Shown piece by piece: positions 49,860-63,638 of a stretch of 64,000 bases of DNA (its first letter is position 1; the number at the start of each line of letters is the position of its first letter). Location of the stretch: assembly GCF_964213995.1 (NCBI RefSeq), contig NC_135823.1, forward strand, positions 372,001 through 436,000, written 5' to 3'. The notes below the pieces were generated by a model, which was not told where the DNA came from, made no database searches, and was given only the letters and a program-made list of their open reading frames with translations. The stretch comes from Mustelus asterias. Lineage: Eukaryota. Made by a program: the position numbers and the translations under genes.

Positions 49860-52440
49860 TAAGAACTAGAACATAGAACATTGAACATAGAACAGTACAG
49901 CACAGAACAGACCCTTCGGCCCACGATGTTGTGCCGAGCTTTATCTGAAACCAAGATCAAGCTATCCCACTCCCTATCATTCTGGTGTGCTCCATGTGCC
50001 TATCCAATAACCGCTTAAATGTTCCTAAAGTGTCTGACTCTACTATCACTGCAGGCAGTCCATTCCACACCCCAACCACTCTCTGCGTAAAGAACTTACC
50101 TCTGATATCCTTCCTATATCTCCCACCATGAACCCTATAGTTATGCCCCCTTGTAATAGCTCCATCCACCCGAGGAAATAGTCCTTGCACGTTCACTCTA
50201 TCTATCCCCTTCATCATTTTATAAACCTCTATTAAGTCTCCCCTCAGCCTCCTCCGCTCCAGAGAGAACAGCCCTCGCTCCCTCAACCTTTCCTCATAAG
50301 ACCTACCCTCCAAACCAGGCAGCATCCTGTTAAATCTCCTCTGCACTCTTTCCAGCGCTTCCACATCCTTCTTATAGTGAGGTGACCAGAACTGCACACA
50401 ATATTCCAAATGTGGTCTCACCAAGGTCCTGTCCAGTTGCAGCATAACCCCACGGCTCTTAAACTCCAACCCCCTGTTAATAAAAGCTCACACACTATAG
50501 GCCTTCTTCACAGCTCTATCCACTTGAGTGGCAACCTTTAGAGATCTGTGGATATGGAACCCAAGATCTCTCTGATCATTCACAGTCTTCAGAACCCTAC
50601 CTTTGACCCTGTAATCCACATTTAAATTAGTCCTACCAAAATGAATCACCTCACATTTATCAGGGTTAAACTCCATTTGCCATTTTTCAGCCCAGCTTTG
50701 CATCCTATCTGTGTCTCTTTGCAGCCTACAACAGCCCTCCACCCCATCCACTACTCCATCAATCTTGGTGTCATCAGCAAATTTACTGATCCACCCTTCA
50801 GCGCCCTCCTCTAAGTCATTAATAAAAATCACAAAGAGCAGAGGTCCAAGCACTGATCCTTGTGGCACTCCGCTAGCAACCTGCCTCCAGTCCGAAAGTT
50901 TTCCATCCACCACCACCCTCTGTCTTCGATCAGATAGCCAATTACCTATCCAATCTGCCAACTTTCCCTCTATCCCACAGCTCCTTACTTTCATCATAAG
51001 CCGACCATGCGGACCTTATGAAACACCTTACTAAAATCCAGGTAGATGACATCAACTGCACTACCTTCATCAACACACTTCGTTACCTCCTCAAAAAATT
51101 CAATCAAATTTGTGAGGCACGACTTGCCCTTCACGAATCCGTGCTGACTATCCCGGATTAATCCGCATCTTTCTAAATGGTCGTAAATCCCATCCTTAAG
51201 GATCTTTTCCATCAATTTACCAACCACCGAAGTAAGACTAACCGGTCTATAATTACCAGGGTCATTTCTATTCCCTTTCTTAAACAGAGGAACAACATTC
51301 GCCACTCTGCACTCCTCTGGGACCATCCCGTGGACAGTGAGGCCCAAAAAATCAAAGCCAAAGGCTCTGCAATCTCATTCCTTGCCTCCCAAAGAATCCT
51401 AGGATATATTTCATCAGGCCCAGGGGACTTATCGAACTTCAGTTTATTCAAAATTGCCAGTACATCCTCCCTCCGAATAACTATTTCCTCCAGCCTATTA
51501 GCCTGTCACACCTTCTGTTCCTCAAGAACATGGTGAACACTGAAGAAAAATACTCATTCATCACCTCGCCTATCTCCACTGACTCCATACACAAGTTCCC
51601 ATTACTGTCCTTGAACGGCCCTAACCTCACCCTGGTCATTCTTTTATTCCTCACATAAGAGTAAAAAGCCTTGGGGTTTTCCTTGATCCGACCCGCCAAG
51701 GACTTCTCATGTCCCCTCCTAGCTCTCCTAAGCCCCCTTTTCAGCTAATTCCCTGCTAACTTGTAACCCTCAATCGAGCCATCTGAACCTTGTTTCCTCA
51801 TCCCTACATAAGCTTCCCTCTTCCTTTTCACAAGACATTCCACCTCTTTCGTGAACCATGGTTCCCTCACTCGGCCATTTCCTCCCTGCGTGACAGCGAC
51901 ATACCTATCAAGGACACCCAATATTTGTTCCTTGAAAAAGTTCCACTTTTCATGAGTGCCTTTCCCTGAGAGTTTCTGTTCCCATTTCTGCCCCCAAATT
52001 CTTGCCGAATCGCATCATAATTACCTCTCCCCCACTTGTAAACCTTGCCCTGCCACACGGCCCTATTCCTCTCCATTGCAATAAGAAAAGACACCGAATT
52101 GTGGTCACTATCTCCAAAGTGCTCTCCTACAACCAAATCTAACACTTGGCCCGGTTCATTTCACAGTACCAAATTCAATGTGGCCTCACCTCTTGTCGGC
52201 CTATCCACATATTGTGTCAGGAAACCCTCCTGCACACACTGCACAAAAACTGCCCCATCCGAACTATTTGACCTACAAAGGTTCCAATCAATATTTGGAA
52301 AGTTAAAGTCCCCCATGACAACTACCCTGTGACCACCACAGATATCCATAATCTGCTTAGCAATTTCTTCCTCCACATCTCTATCTCTATACTTATATCT
52401 ATTAGTATCTATATCTATAATTTCTTCCTCCACATCTCCA
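49860..52440 (-). mobile_element. CR1 LINE, endonuclease-to-3' end, degraded
   Basis: APE motif GDFNFPNIDW (52161-52433), RT motifs from 50488 to 51451, and a 3' tail near 49870. Confidence 0.95.
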
Positions 52441-53714
52441 CACTGTACATTGCAATCAGCTAGAATCAGCGTTCACACAGTAGAAACTGTGACGCCCATA
52501 TTCAGGTGAAGGGAATTACCCTGTTCATGCGCGTTTGCTTTATTTTCCTCACAGAAATGTTCAGTAAAAGTTCACTAATGCTCTTCAGGGAAGGACATTT
52601 GCCGTCCTTACCTGGTTTGCCCGACATGTGACTCCGGAGCCGCTGCAATATTGTTGACTCTCAACTGCTTTCGGGCAACTAGGGATGGGCAACAACATTT
52701 TTAAAGTTAAAGTTTATTTATTTGTGTCACAAGTAGGCTTACATTAACACTGCAACGATGTTACTGCGAAAATCACCTAGTCACCACACTCTGGCGCCTG
52801 TTTGCGTCCAATGAGGGAAACGTTAGCAAGGTCAATGCACCTAACGAGCACGTCATTCCGACTGTGGGAGGATACCGGAGCACCCAGAGGAAATCCATGC
52901 AGTCACGGGGAGAACGTGCAGACTCCGCACAGATGGTGACCAAAGTCAGGAATCACAGGCGGGTCCCTGTGAGGCAGCGACGCTAAACAGTGTGCCACAC
53001 TGCTTTCTAAAGTTCTGGGAGACCCGGGTTCGAATCCCGCCTCCGCAGATGGTGGAATTTGAGTCCAACCAAAAAATATTTGGAATGAAGATTAACCATC
53101 ATCGATTGTCGGAAAACCCCACCGGGTTAACTAATATCCTTTCGGGAAAGAAATCTGCCGCCATGACCATCGTCTGCCCCATTACGTGACTCCAGAGTCA
53201 CAGCAATATGGTAGACTTTCGAGTGCCCTCAAAGGGCAACGAGGGGTCGGCAATCGATGCCCATTTCCGCCGAATGAATAAAAAGATTGATAGAGCGATC
53301 GATCTCCCTGTCTATCAACCTATCTANNNNNNNNNNNNNNNNNNNNNNNNNNNNNNNNNNNNNNNNNNNNNNNNNNNNNNNNNNNNNNNNNNNNNNNNNN
53401 NNNNNNNNNNNNNNNNNNNNNNNNNNNNNNNNNNNNNNNNNNNNNNNNNNNNNNNNNNNNNNNNNNNNNNNNNNNNNNNNNNNNNNNNNNNNNNNNNNNN
53501 NNNNNNNNNNNNNNNNTCTTGCAGGGTAATCGAGAAGGAGGTGGCAGATTTAAATCTGAGATGGGGGAAATTTTACTTCTGCCAAAGAATGGACAGTTTG
53601 TGGAACTTCCTACCATAGAGTGCGGTGGATGCCGGGACCTTGAGTAAATTAAGGATTAGGTAGACGACACATTAATTGGGAACGGTTTGAAGGGCTATGA
53701 TGAACAGGCAGGAC

Positions 53715-54980
53715 AAAGAGAACAAAGAACATGGAACAGAACAGTACAGGAAACAGGCCCTTCGACCCCCCAAGCCTGTGCCGCTCATTGGCCCAACTAG
53801 ACCATTCGTTTGTATCCCTCCATTCTCAGACTGCTCATGTGACTATCCAGGTAAATCTGAAACGATGCCAGCGTGTCCGCCTCCACCACCCTACTTGACA
53901 GCGCATTCCAGGCCCCCACCACTCTCTGTGTAAAAAACGTCCCTCTGATATCTGAGTTATACCTCGCCCCTCTCACCTTGAGCTCGTGACCCTTCGTGAT
54001 CGTCACCTCCGACCTGGGAAAAAGCTTCCCACTGTTCACCCTATCTATACCCTTCATAATTTTGGACACCTCTATTAGGTCTCCCCTCATTCTGCGTCTT
54101 TCCAGGGAGAACAAGCCCAGTTTACCCAATCACTCCTCATAGCTAAGACCCTCCATATCAGGCAACATCCTGGTAAACCTTCTCTGCACTCTCTCTAAAG
54201 CCTCCACGTGCCTCTGGTAGTGTGGCGACCAGAACTGGACGCAGTACTCCAAATGTGGCCTAACCAGCGTTCTATACAGCTGTATCATCGGACTTCAGCC
54301 TTTATACTCTATACCCCGCCCTATAAGGCAAGCATACCATATGCCTTCTTCACCACCTTCTCCACCTGTGCTGCCATCTTCAAGGATTTGTGGACTTGCA
54401 GACCTAGGTCCCTCTGTGTTTCTATACTCTTGATGGCTCTGCCATTTATTGTATAACTCCCCCCTACATTAGTTCTTCCAAAATGCGTCACTTCGCATTT
54501 ATCTGGATTAAATTACATCTGCCATTTCTCCGCCCAATTTTCCAGCCTATCTATATTCTGCTGGATTGTCCAACAATGTTCATCGTTATCCGCAAGTCCA
54601 GCCATCTTCGTGTCATCCGCAAACTTGCTGATAACACCAGTTACACCTTCTTCCAAATCATTTATATATATCACAAATAGTAGAGGTCCTAGTACAGAGT
54701 CCTGTGGAACACCACTGGTCACAGACCTCCAGCCGGAAAAAGACCCTTTGACTGCTACCCTCTGTCTCCTGTGGCCAAGCCAGTTCTCTTCCCATCTCGC
54801 CACCTCTCCTTGTATCCCATGAGCCTTAACCTTCTTAACCAACCTGCCATGAGGGACTTTGTCAAATGCCTTACTGAAATCCATATGGACAACATCCACG
54901 GCCCTTCCTTCCTCAACCGGTTTTGTCACTTCCTCAAAAAACTCCACCACATGTGAAGGCACGACCTCCCTCTTACAAAA
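53715..54980 (-). mobile_element. CR1 LINE fragment
   Basis: ORFs 53797-54129 and 54513-54962 (DFSKAFD, FADDTK). Confidence 0.92.
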
Positions 54981-57184
54981 CAGGACAGTAAAGCTGAGGA
55001 TCAGATCAGATCAACTATGATGGTAATAAATGGTAGACCAGTCTAGAGAGGCCAATTTGCCTTTTCCTGCTCTCAGTTCTTATGACTTGTGTGAGAGAGA
55101 GAAAGGGTGACTGAGAGGGAGAGCGATGGGGGAGCGCCGGGGGTGCGGGGAGGGGTGGGGGGTGCGGGGGGGGGGGGGGTGGGGAGCTGCGGTGGGGGGC
55201 GGGGGGGTGGTGCTGTTGGGAGGGACACAGCCAAATACGTGGAAATAAGTTATTCAGCCTCTCATATATACGCTGTCTCTTTGAACGAGCTCTGCAATTG
55301 GATCCAAAGTTTTCCAATAGCATTTCCAAATTCTTCCCGTCAAGTCACAATCTGACTTCCGTTTTGCAAGCTACTGTTGAATATGCTTCCAACCCCCTTT
55401 GCAGGCAATGGATTTGGAATGGAGTCAATGGGCAGCCTTGCGACGACAAGTGGCAAAGTATCAATGGTGCGACACATGGGCCAGGCAATGACTATATCCA
55501 ACATGTGAGAATCGGACATTTCATCTTGACATTAAATTGAAATGCCATTGCCAAATCCCCTAGTATCAAATTCCTGGGCGTTACCATTGACCAGCAGCTT
55601 AATTGGACTGGCCATATAAGTGTATTGATTGAAAGGGAATATCAGAGGCTACGAATCTTGCAGCGAAAAGCTCGCCTCCTGACTCCAAAGATACTTTTTG
55701 CTACCCAGAAAGCACGAACCACGACAGAGGTTTTAGCACTACTGTTTCACCGGGCCTTGGACCCGGGTTCGATTCCAGGCTTGCGCCACTGTCTGTGCAG
55801 TGTCTGCACGTTCTCCCCGTGTCTGCGGGGGTTTCCTCTTCGAGCTCCGGTTTCCTCCCACAGTCCGAAAGACATGCTGGTTAGGCGCATTGGCCATGCT
55901 AAATTCTCGCTCAGTGTACCAGAACAGGCGCCAGAGTGCAGCGACCAGGAGATTTTCACAGTGACGTCATTGCAGTGTTCATGGAAGCCTACTTGTGACA
56001 CGAATAAATGAACTTTCACTAAAGTCAGAAGTGTGATGGGATACTTTCCAAATTGCCTGCATGAGTGTAACCCCAAAAGCATTCATGAAATTTGGCGCCA
56101 TCCAATGCAATGCGGCCCAGTTGGTTGGCTCCATTTCCACAAATATTCACTCCTCCCACCATCGAGGAACTGTGCCAGCAGTGTGCACCATCTACAAGAT
56201 GAATTGCATAAGTTCACTAAGGCTCCTTATACAGGACTGATACCTTCTTGAAGGGACCTGGACACGAGATAAATGGAGCACCAGTTCCTGAATGTTTCCC
56301 TGACTTGGAAATATACCATCTGTTCTTCACTATTGCTCAGTCAAAATCCTGAGAGGGAGAGAGATGAGGGGGGGGGGAGAGGGGGGGAAGGGGGGGGGGA
56401 GGAAGTCGGGGGGAGGGTGCTGTTGGGGGATGGGGGGTCACAGCCAAATACGTGGAAATAAATTATTCAGCCTCTCATATATACGCTGTCTCTTTGAACG
56501 AGCTCTGCAATTGGATCCAAAGTTTTCCAATAACATTTCCAAATTCCCTTCCGAACAGCATTATGGGTGTAACAACACCAATTGGTGTGTACCGGTTGAA
56601 GAAGGCATCTCACTATCACATTCTCAAGGTATTTTAGGGATGGGCAATTAGCTCTGGCCTGGCCAGCGACGCCTACATCCGGTAAATTAATTTTAATAAT
56701 CCAATCCTCTTTTCCAATTGATGCCAGTACCTTTGCACCATTCTCTTGTCAGCTGGCACCGTGCTGAGGAATGCAGTAAAGCTTGGGACAGCCGCTACAG
56801 AGGCACAATGGGGGAAGGTCGAAGGCTAAGACAATTCTGCCATTGTCCACCTTGGGGTGGGTAATTTTCTGGAGCACCTCCCTCATAATGAAAATACATG
56901 GTGAATATTAGATAGATCATAATTGTATTCAAGCATCTCTAACTGCCACTTGATCAATGTGGGCAACGCAAGTGCTGTTGCACTTTTGCTACTGGCCGAT
57001 TTGAAATTTCTCTAGTGTTCCTTTGACTGTATTGAAGCACATCAGAGGCAACATGATCTATGAAGAAAAGTTAAATATCATTGAAATGAAGATAATTCCA
57101 GTTACAGACAAATATCGCTTTATTAATATGTAAATGTATGTCTCAGGTATAAGTGAACAATTAAATTAATCAGCTTAGGGAGAA

Positions 57185-57830
57185 TAAGTGTGCGTGTGTT
57201 TGTGTGACAGTGTGTGTGTGACTGTGGGTGTATGAGTGAATGAGTGAGAGTGTGTTTGTGTGTGTCTGTAAGTGTGTGTGCATGCTTGTGAATGTATGTG
57301 ANNNNNNNNNNNNNNNNNNNNNNNNNNNNNNNNNNNNNNNNNNNNNNNNNNNNNNNNNNNNNNNNNNNNNNNNNNNNNNNNNNNNNNNNNNNNNNNNNNN
57401 NNNNNNNNNNNNNNNNNNNNNNNNNNNNNNNNNNNNNNNNNNNNNNNNNNNNNNNNNAGTGAACGTGTGTATGTGTGTGAGAGTGTATGTGTGGGAGTGT
57501 GAGTACATGTGCGAGTTTGTGCGCATGTGTGTGAGAGTATATGTGGGAGTGTGAGTGTTGTGTGTGTGCGTGTATTTATGTGTGTGAGTTTTTGAGTGTG
57601 TGTGTTCTTGTATGCGTGTGTGAATACGTGTGTGTTTGTGTGAATGTGTGTGTGTATGTCAGTGCGTGTGCGCGTGTTTTTGTGTTTGCGTGTGTGTGTA
57701 TTTGTCTGCGTGTGTGTATGTGAGTGTGAGTTTAAGTGCTTGTATGAGTGTGTATCTGTGAATGTGTGAGTGTGTGTGAGAGAGTGTGAATGTGCGATTG
57801 GATACGTCTGTCTGTGCATTTTTATGAATG
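57185..57830. repeat. Degenerate (TG)n microsatellite containing an N-run
   Basis: Direct inspection. Confidence 0.9.
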
Positions 57831-58049
57831 TTTGCGAGTGCTTGCTGTACCTCAGAGGGTCGCTGCTTATCTCTTATAACATCCCCAAACCCCACCTTCC
57901 AACACGCAGTAGAAAGTGGGAAACTGAAAGACAAATATAGGGAAAGCAATTATGTTACGTAGATACCTTTTTCAAAGAACTAACACAATGGACCGGATGG
58001 CTTCCAAGATTGGATGATGCTCGGATACAGGATGGGCTAATTTGAAATC

Positions 58050-58721
58050 TTATTGAAGTATTTTTGAATCTTCCGAATTAATATACATCCCAGAATCAAT
58101 GCGGAATCTTTCTGCTACACTGGGGTGTTTTGCACTGGAAAAGGAATGGAAAACAAAAGGTGGGTCACAGAAAAGAAACCGGATGTTTTCCCTCTGATAA
58201 ATTAGAGAGGCAGGACTTTCTTGTGGAAATAGACAGGGAGCCATGGAGACGCCCAGGAAATAAAGAAAGCACCCTGTCCACTCACCATGTTGTCCAAAAT
58301 ACTGACAACATTTGCAAAATGCAAAATAAACTGTTTTCATTTGATTTTGATTTGAGTTGATTCATCATTGTCACATGTATTAGCATACAGTGAAACGTAT
58401 TGTTTCTTGTGCGCTATACAAAGCATATCGTTCACAGAGAAGGAACGGAGAAAGTGGAGAATGTAGTGTTACAGTCATAGCTAGGGGGTCGAGAAAGATC
58501 AACTTAATATCAGGCAGGTCCACTCAAAAAGGCTGCTGGCAGCAGGGAAGAAGCTGCCTTTGAGTCGGTTGGTACATGTTCTCAGAATTTTGTATCATTT
58601 TCCAGACAGAAGACGGTGGAAGAGAGAATGTCCAGTGTGCGTGTGGTCCTTGATCATGCTGGCTACTTTTGCCGAGGCATCGAGGTGAAGATTCAGCACT
58701 GCTGATGATATTCCACTGTAT
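58050..58721 (-). pseudogene. Possible decayed hinge/TM/tail exons of pseudogene B, split by a Rex1 fragment
   Basis: (D)TVEYHQQC* at 58721-58693. Hydrophobic LFCILQMLSVFWTT ends at a strong phase-2 donor GTGAGT (58285). After a 151-nt intron with a long polypyrimidine acceptor, the last exon reads AKHPSVAERFRIDSGMYINSEDSKILQ*. Confidence 0.4.
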
Positions 58722-59894
58722 TTTTATAATCCCAGTATGTAGTGAACGTTAATCAAAATTTAGGGACTTTGCTGAGATTCTCTGAACCTATCTTGTTGAT
58801 CCTGAAACTTCAGTTGTTGACAAAATTTTAATCTCTTTGTAAATGACAGTTCGTATCTGAAAATCAATTATTCTTCGGTGATGGAAATTCAGAAGAGATT
58901 TGTATTTATCGGTAATTCACTCATAATTCGATGTGAAATGGATGAAAATGCAATTCGTGGTGAGTTGACGATAACAACATGGGATTTGATGCTGTGAGCG
59001 GTCGGTTGTCTGTCTGAGGTGCAACTTGTTCAACCAATTACAGAATTGAAACACAGCAGGGACTGGACACGGGCAGTGATGCACGAATGTAAGAGAGGCG
59101 ATGGCCTAGTGGTATTACCGCTGCATTGTTAACCCAGAAAGTGTCCTAAAGTTTTGGTGGTCCAGGATCGAATCCCACCACGGCCTGGGGTCCGTTTTGA
59201 ATTCACTAAAACAAATCTGGAATTAAGAATCTACTGATAGCCATGAATCGATTGTCAGAAAAGAAATACCTCTTGTTCGCGAATATCCTTTAGGGAAGGA
59301 AATTTCCCCTCCTTATCTGGTGTGGACTCTGGAGCCACAGCAATGTGGTTGATTCTCAGCTTCCCTCCAAGAGCAACGAGGGATGGGCAATAAATGCTGG
59401 CCCAGCCAGCGACGTGCCCCAGTAATGAATTAAAATAAAAACTTGCGATGGTTTCATTTGATCTTTACACAATAAAATGTGTTTTTATTTCAACCCATTG
59501 GTTCACTGCACTGTGTTTTCGAAGTGGCCATATTTTTGAAGAGCCAAATTTTCCCAAAGCTTTCGCTCCTTTTCTTTATTTTTCTCCCTAACTTCGCTGT
59601 ATTTCAGAGGGCATTTGAGAGTCAACCACATGGCTGTGGGTGTGGGGTCAAATGTAGGCCAGACCAGATGAGGATGGCAGATTTCCTTCCCAAAACCAGT
59701 TGGGATTTACTACACTCCGCATTGGTTTAATGGCTAGGACTAGACTTTTAACCCCTGATTTTAGTGAATTCAAATTTCACGATTTGCCTTGGTGGGATTT
59801 GATCCCGAGTCCCTTGAGCATCTCCCTGGGCCTTTGGATTAATCGTCTGGTGATAATTCCATTGTGCCATTGTCTCTCATATCCATGATATGGA

Positions 59895-60580
59895 TAGAGA
59901 TGTCGGCGTAAGACTGAGGTGGGCACAGTAAGAAGTCTCACAACACAGGTTAAGATCCAACAGGTTTATCTGGAAACACGAGCTTTCGGAGCGCTGCTCC
60001 TTCCTCAGGTGAATGGAGAGCTAGGTTCACAAACACGGCCTATAAAGTCAGAGACACAATTACAAGATAATGGTTGGACTGTGGGACTGTACACGTAATC
60101 AAGTTTTTTACAGGTACAGACAATGCGAGTGGGGTGAGGGATAATCACACATTAAAGAGGTGTGAATTGTCTCAAGCCAGGACAGTTAGGATGATTTTGC
60201 AAACACAGGCCAAATGTTGGGGGATACATGTAGTGTGACATGAACCCAAAATTACAGTTGAGGCTGTCCTCCTGCATGCGGTACTTCGCTATCAGTTTGT
60301 GCTCGGCGATTCTGCATTGTCATGTGTCTTGTCGGCCGTCCAGGAGAATGCTTACCCGTGATTATCCCTTGCTCCACTCTCATTGCCTGTACCTGTAAAG
60401 ACTTGATTTCCTGTAAAGACTCGCATTCCAACCATTGTCCTGCAATTGCGACGCTGTCTTCATAGGCCGTGCTTGTGAACCCACCTCTCCAATCACCTGA
60501 GGAAGGAGCAGCGCTCCGAAAGCTCGTGATTCCAAATAAAGCTGTTGGACTTTAACCTGGTGTTGTGGGATTTCTTACTG
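59895..60580. mobile_element. Non-autonomous Penelope derivative with inverted pLTR ends
   Basis: The left arm (about 59925-60120) and right arm (about 60370-60580) are reverse complements, each with CTGAGGAAGGAGCAGCGCTCCGAAAGCTCG. Confidence 0.8.
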
Positions 60581-61199
60581 GCCCCTCATACCATAATAAA
60601 GATTCATTTCCATGACAACACTATTATCATTGTACTATGCAACTACCAGGATGGTAGAATGTAATCATTATGGTGCTTTGCGTTTTTCAGTTTTGTAATT
60701 CACATGTTACTAAATCCAATTTTGTCAGGCTTTGCAAGAAAGTTTTTAGTTGGCGATAGAGGGTTTCAGTGCTCCTGGTTCCTCTGCATCGGAGTCACAT
60801 CAGTCTAAGCATTTCCACCTTGTTTACTCTTCAATCAAAAGGTACAATCAAATGAGGTTCAGTGCAACATTTGCAGTTTCTGGTGAACTATATTGTAAAA
60901 TTCATCTCCCAGCTACTGGCCAACAAAATGCATTGCCGATTTAGATGAGCTTTTGACTTTCCCGTTCTTGTGAATGTGAACTTTGATTATATTATAAACA
61001 GAAATGTCGGAGAAACTCAGCACCTTTTGCAGATCCGTGGAGACATAAACACCTTGTTCTTGTCACCAATATTACCAGGGACAATTCAAAAATGGACAAA
61101 CCTTAGATAAGGGAAACGAATTTACCAAGTAAAAGCAGATAGATGCATACGGAGAGACAGAGAGAGAGAGAGGGAAATAGAGTGAGTGAGGGAATGAAA

Positions 61200-61705
61200 T
61201 AGGGAAGGATGGATAGAAATGAAGACAGATAGAAAAACAGATAAATGGATAGAGGAAAGAGTATACAGATGGGTGGGCAAATGGATGGAGGGACGGACTG
61301 ACGGAGGGATCGATGGATGGATGAACGGATGGATTGACGGACGGATCAATGGATGACTGCAGGACAATGGNNNNNNNNNNNNNNNNNNNNNNNNNNNNNN
61401 NNNNNNNNNNNNNNNNNNNNNNNNNNNNNNNNNNNNNNNNNNNNNNNNNNNNNNNNNNNNNNNNNNNNNNNNNNNNNNNNNNNNNNNNNNNNNNNNNNNN
61501 NNNNNNNNNNNNNNNNNNNNNNNNNNNNNNNNNNNNNNNNNNNNNNNNNNNNNTCTGATGGACAAACAGACGGATGGATGGATGGACGGATGGATGGACG
61601 GACGGATGGACGGACGGGCGGATGGATGGACGGACGGGCGGGCGGACGGGCGGGATGGACGGACGGATGGATGGACGGACCGGCGGATGGATGGAATGGT
61701 GGACA
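61200..61705. repeat. (GGAT/GGAC)n tetranucleotide repeat containing an N-run
   Basis: Direct inspection. Confidence 0.9.
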
Positions 61706-63253
61706 ATGAACAGTCGACTGTCGGGTACAGAATGAGGAAATGAGGGCCTCAATGTTTCTGTGCACTCCTTCACAAATTAATTTAAAGTTAATCTCATTAC
61801 CAGATTCCCTCTCGAGATTCCAGCACCCATCAGGAAATTATCCCAAATTCTACTCTGCAATGCAACAGCTTCACCTCCACCCCCACGGCCCGTCAGTCTG
61901 AAGAATATACCTCTCTGCCTGCATGTATTTGTCTTTCTATCCATCTTCCCACGTTTCTTTCAAGGTTCACCCTTTATTATTTCGTGACAGCCATCTTACA
62001 GGATACATGAAAGTCTGTGGAAATCCATGCACGTTATACCAAATGCGTTCTTTTTTATTGTCCATTCGGATACTTCTTCCAAAATAATCTCCATTATCCC
62101 TGTTAAACATGATTGCACTTCCACAACTCGCTGCTCGCTGTCCTAAGATGAATGATCAGATCAATCCCAAGATGGGGTGCAATGCCTTCTCCTGTCAGTT
62201 TGGATCTTGTTTGTCTCCCTTGCGGGGACCTTAAAACGGATTCAATCAGATTTTGAATTTGATTTTTGGACCAAGCAAGGAATGGATTTGGGGTTTCCCT
62301 GTCCATTCTGAACATTGGCTTTGTAACTATAAGGATGGAGAAGAAAATAAAATAAAATAAATAACTAATAACTAGGAAATAGTCGTAAATTTCACTTCGG
62401 ATAATAGATGATAAACGTGTGTCCTCCACTCACTACATACTTAATTCTTCATAATTCCCAAACTGATTTTCAGATGGATGCAACTTTCAAGGTACAGCGT
62501 TTTGTTCGGACGGATCGAATTAATGTTGAGTTCCTTGTTAGGGTTAGTGATATGGAGAGGATTAAAATATGGCTTATCGCTGGTGTTACGGTTAGTGTTT
62601 GGTTTATTGCAAGGGTTAGCGTGAGGGTTAATGTTAGCACGAGGCTTAGGTCAGGGATAAGATTAGTGTTGCGGTTATTTTCGGGCGATGCAGTCAGAAA
62701 AAAATGGTTTCGAAATTGGAAAGGGGGGAAAGTGATATAGGATCCAGATACACACATAATTGATACAAAGTTTAATTAAACCATAAATACAAAAAAAACC
62801 CCAGACCATGTGGGTGACGCCCAAGTAAATCGATTTGAAAAGTTGAAGGTCTATGTTGAAATATCATCACCGTTAGTTAGGGGAACACTTGTACTCCTGT
62901 GAATGACTCTGATGTTCACATTATTGAATTAATATAGAGCGATTGGGGAATTTGCGACGAGGAAACTTTATTGGGATTTTACCTGAACAGAGATTGTATA
63001 ATGATCAGGAAAGGTGGAACAGGTTGAGGCTCTTTCGTTTAAACATGACACCGAGACAGTTAAGATGTTGAAGCATAACTGACGAATGCAGAGACTGTGC
63101 AATTAACAATCACAAGAAGTTTATTATTTATTAGTGTCACAGGTAGGCTGGCATTAACACTGCAATGAAGAATAAATAAATGTGAAAGTTTTGAAGCAAA
63201 AATAAACGTTGTTAGCAAATAACCAATAATAGGAGGAAAATGTTAATATCCAC

Positions 63254-63559
63254 CTCTCTCAGATGAGACACTTCCACTGACAAGATGTTGACTGGAGTTG
63301 ATCTGAACGGCGCAGATACACCGAGCTCCGCTGCTCCAAGATTCCGCCGGGAGAATTATGTAACTTCTGATTGTATAAGTTCCATCTGGATCGATTGCAC
63401 CAGAATCAATCCTGCCCTCCATAAGCCGCCCAGACACATTCCAGTGGATGGCGCAGTTATTTGAATCCACACTCTTCACCAAACATACCAAAGGGACCAT
63501 TTCCACCTGGGGAATTTCAACCAGTGGCGGAGTTAAGAGATAGATGATTGGGGTTCCCG
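63254..63559 (-). pseudogene. C1-set exon of pseudogene B
   Basis: GTPIIYLLTPPLVEIPQVEMVPLVCLVKSV...IHWNVSG...DPDGTYTIRSYIILPAESWSSGARCICAV...SSER with donor GTGGAT. About 79-nt V-C intron, with no AG at the homologous acceptor position. 31/55 aa identical to gene A C1. Confidence 0.88.
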
Positions 63560-63638
63560 GAGGAGTAAGATTCAGGCACTATTGAACATACGTTTCTTGG
63601 TGATTCATGATAAAATGAGAAAATAATATTTTTTGTTC

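Noticed and set aside
62103-62429. ORF with hydrophobic YFLVISYLFYFIFFSILIV as the TM exon of pseudogene B
   Set aside because: The hydrophobicity comes from a (TTTTA)n low-complexity tract, and there are no convincing splice sites.
62530-62670. Interstitial telomere-like GGGTTA repeats
   Set aside because: Too degenerate, with only scattered hexamers.
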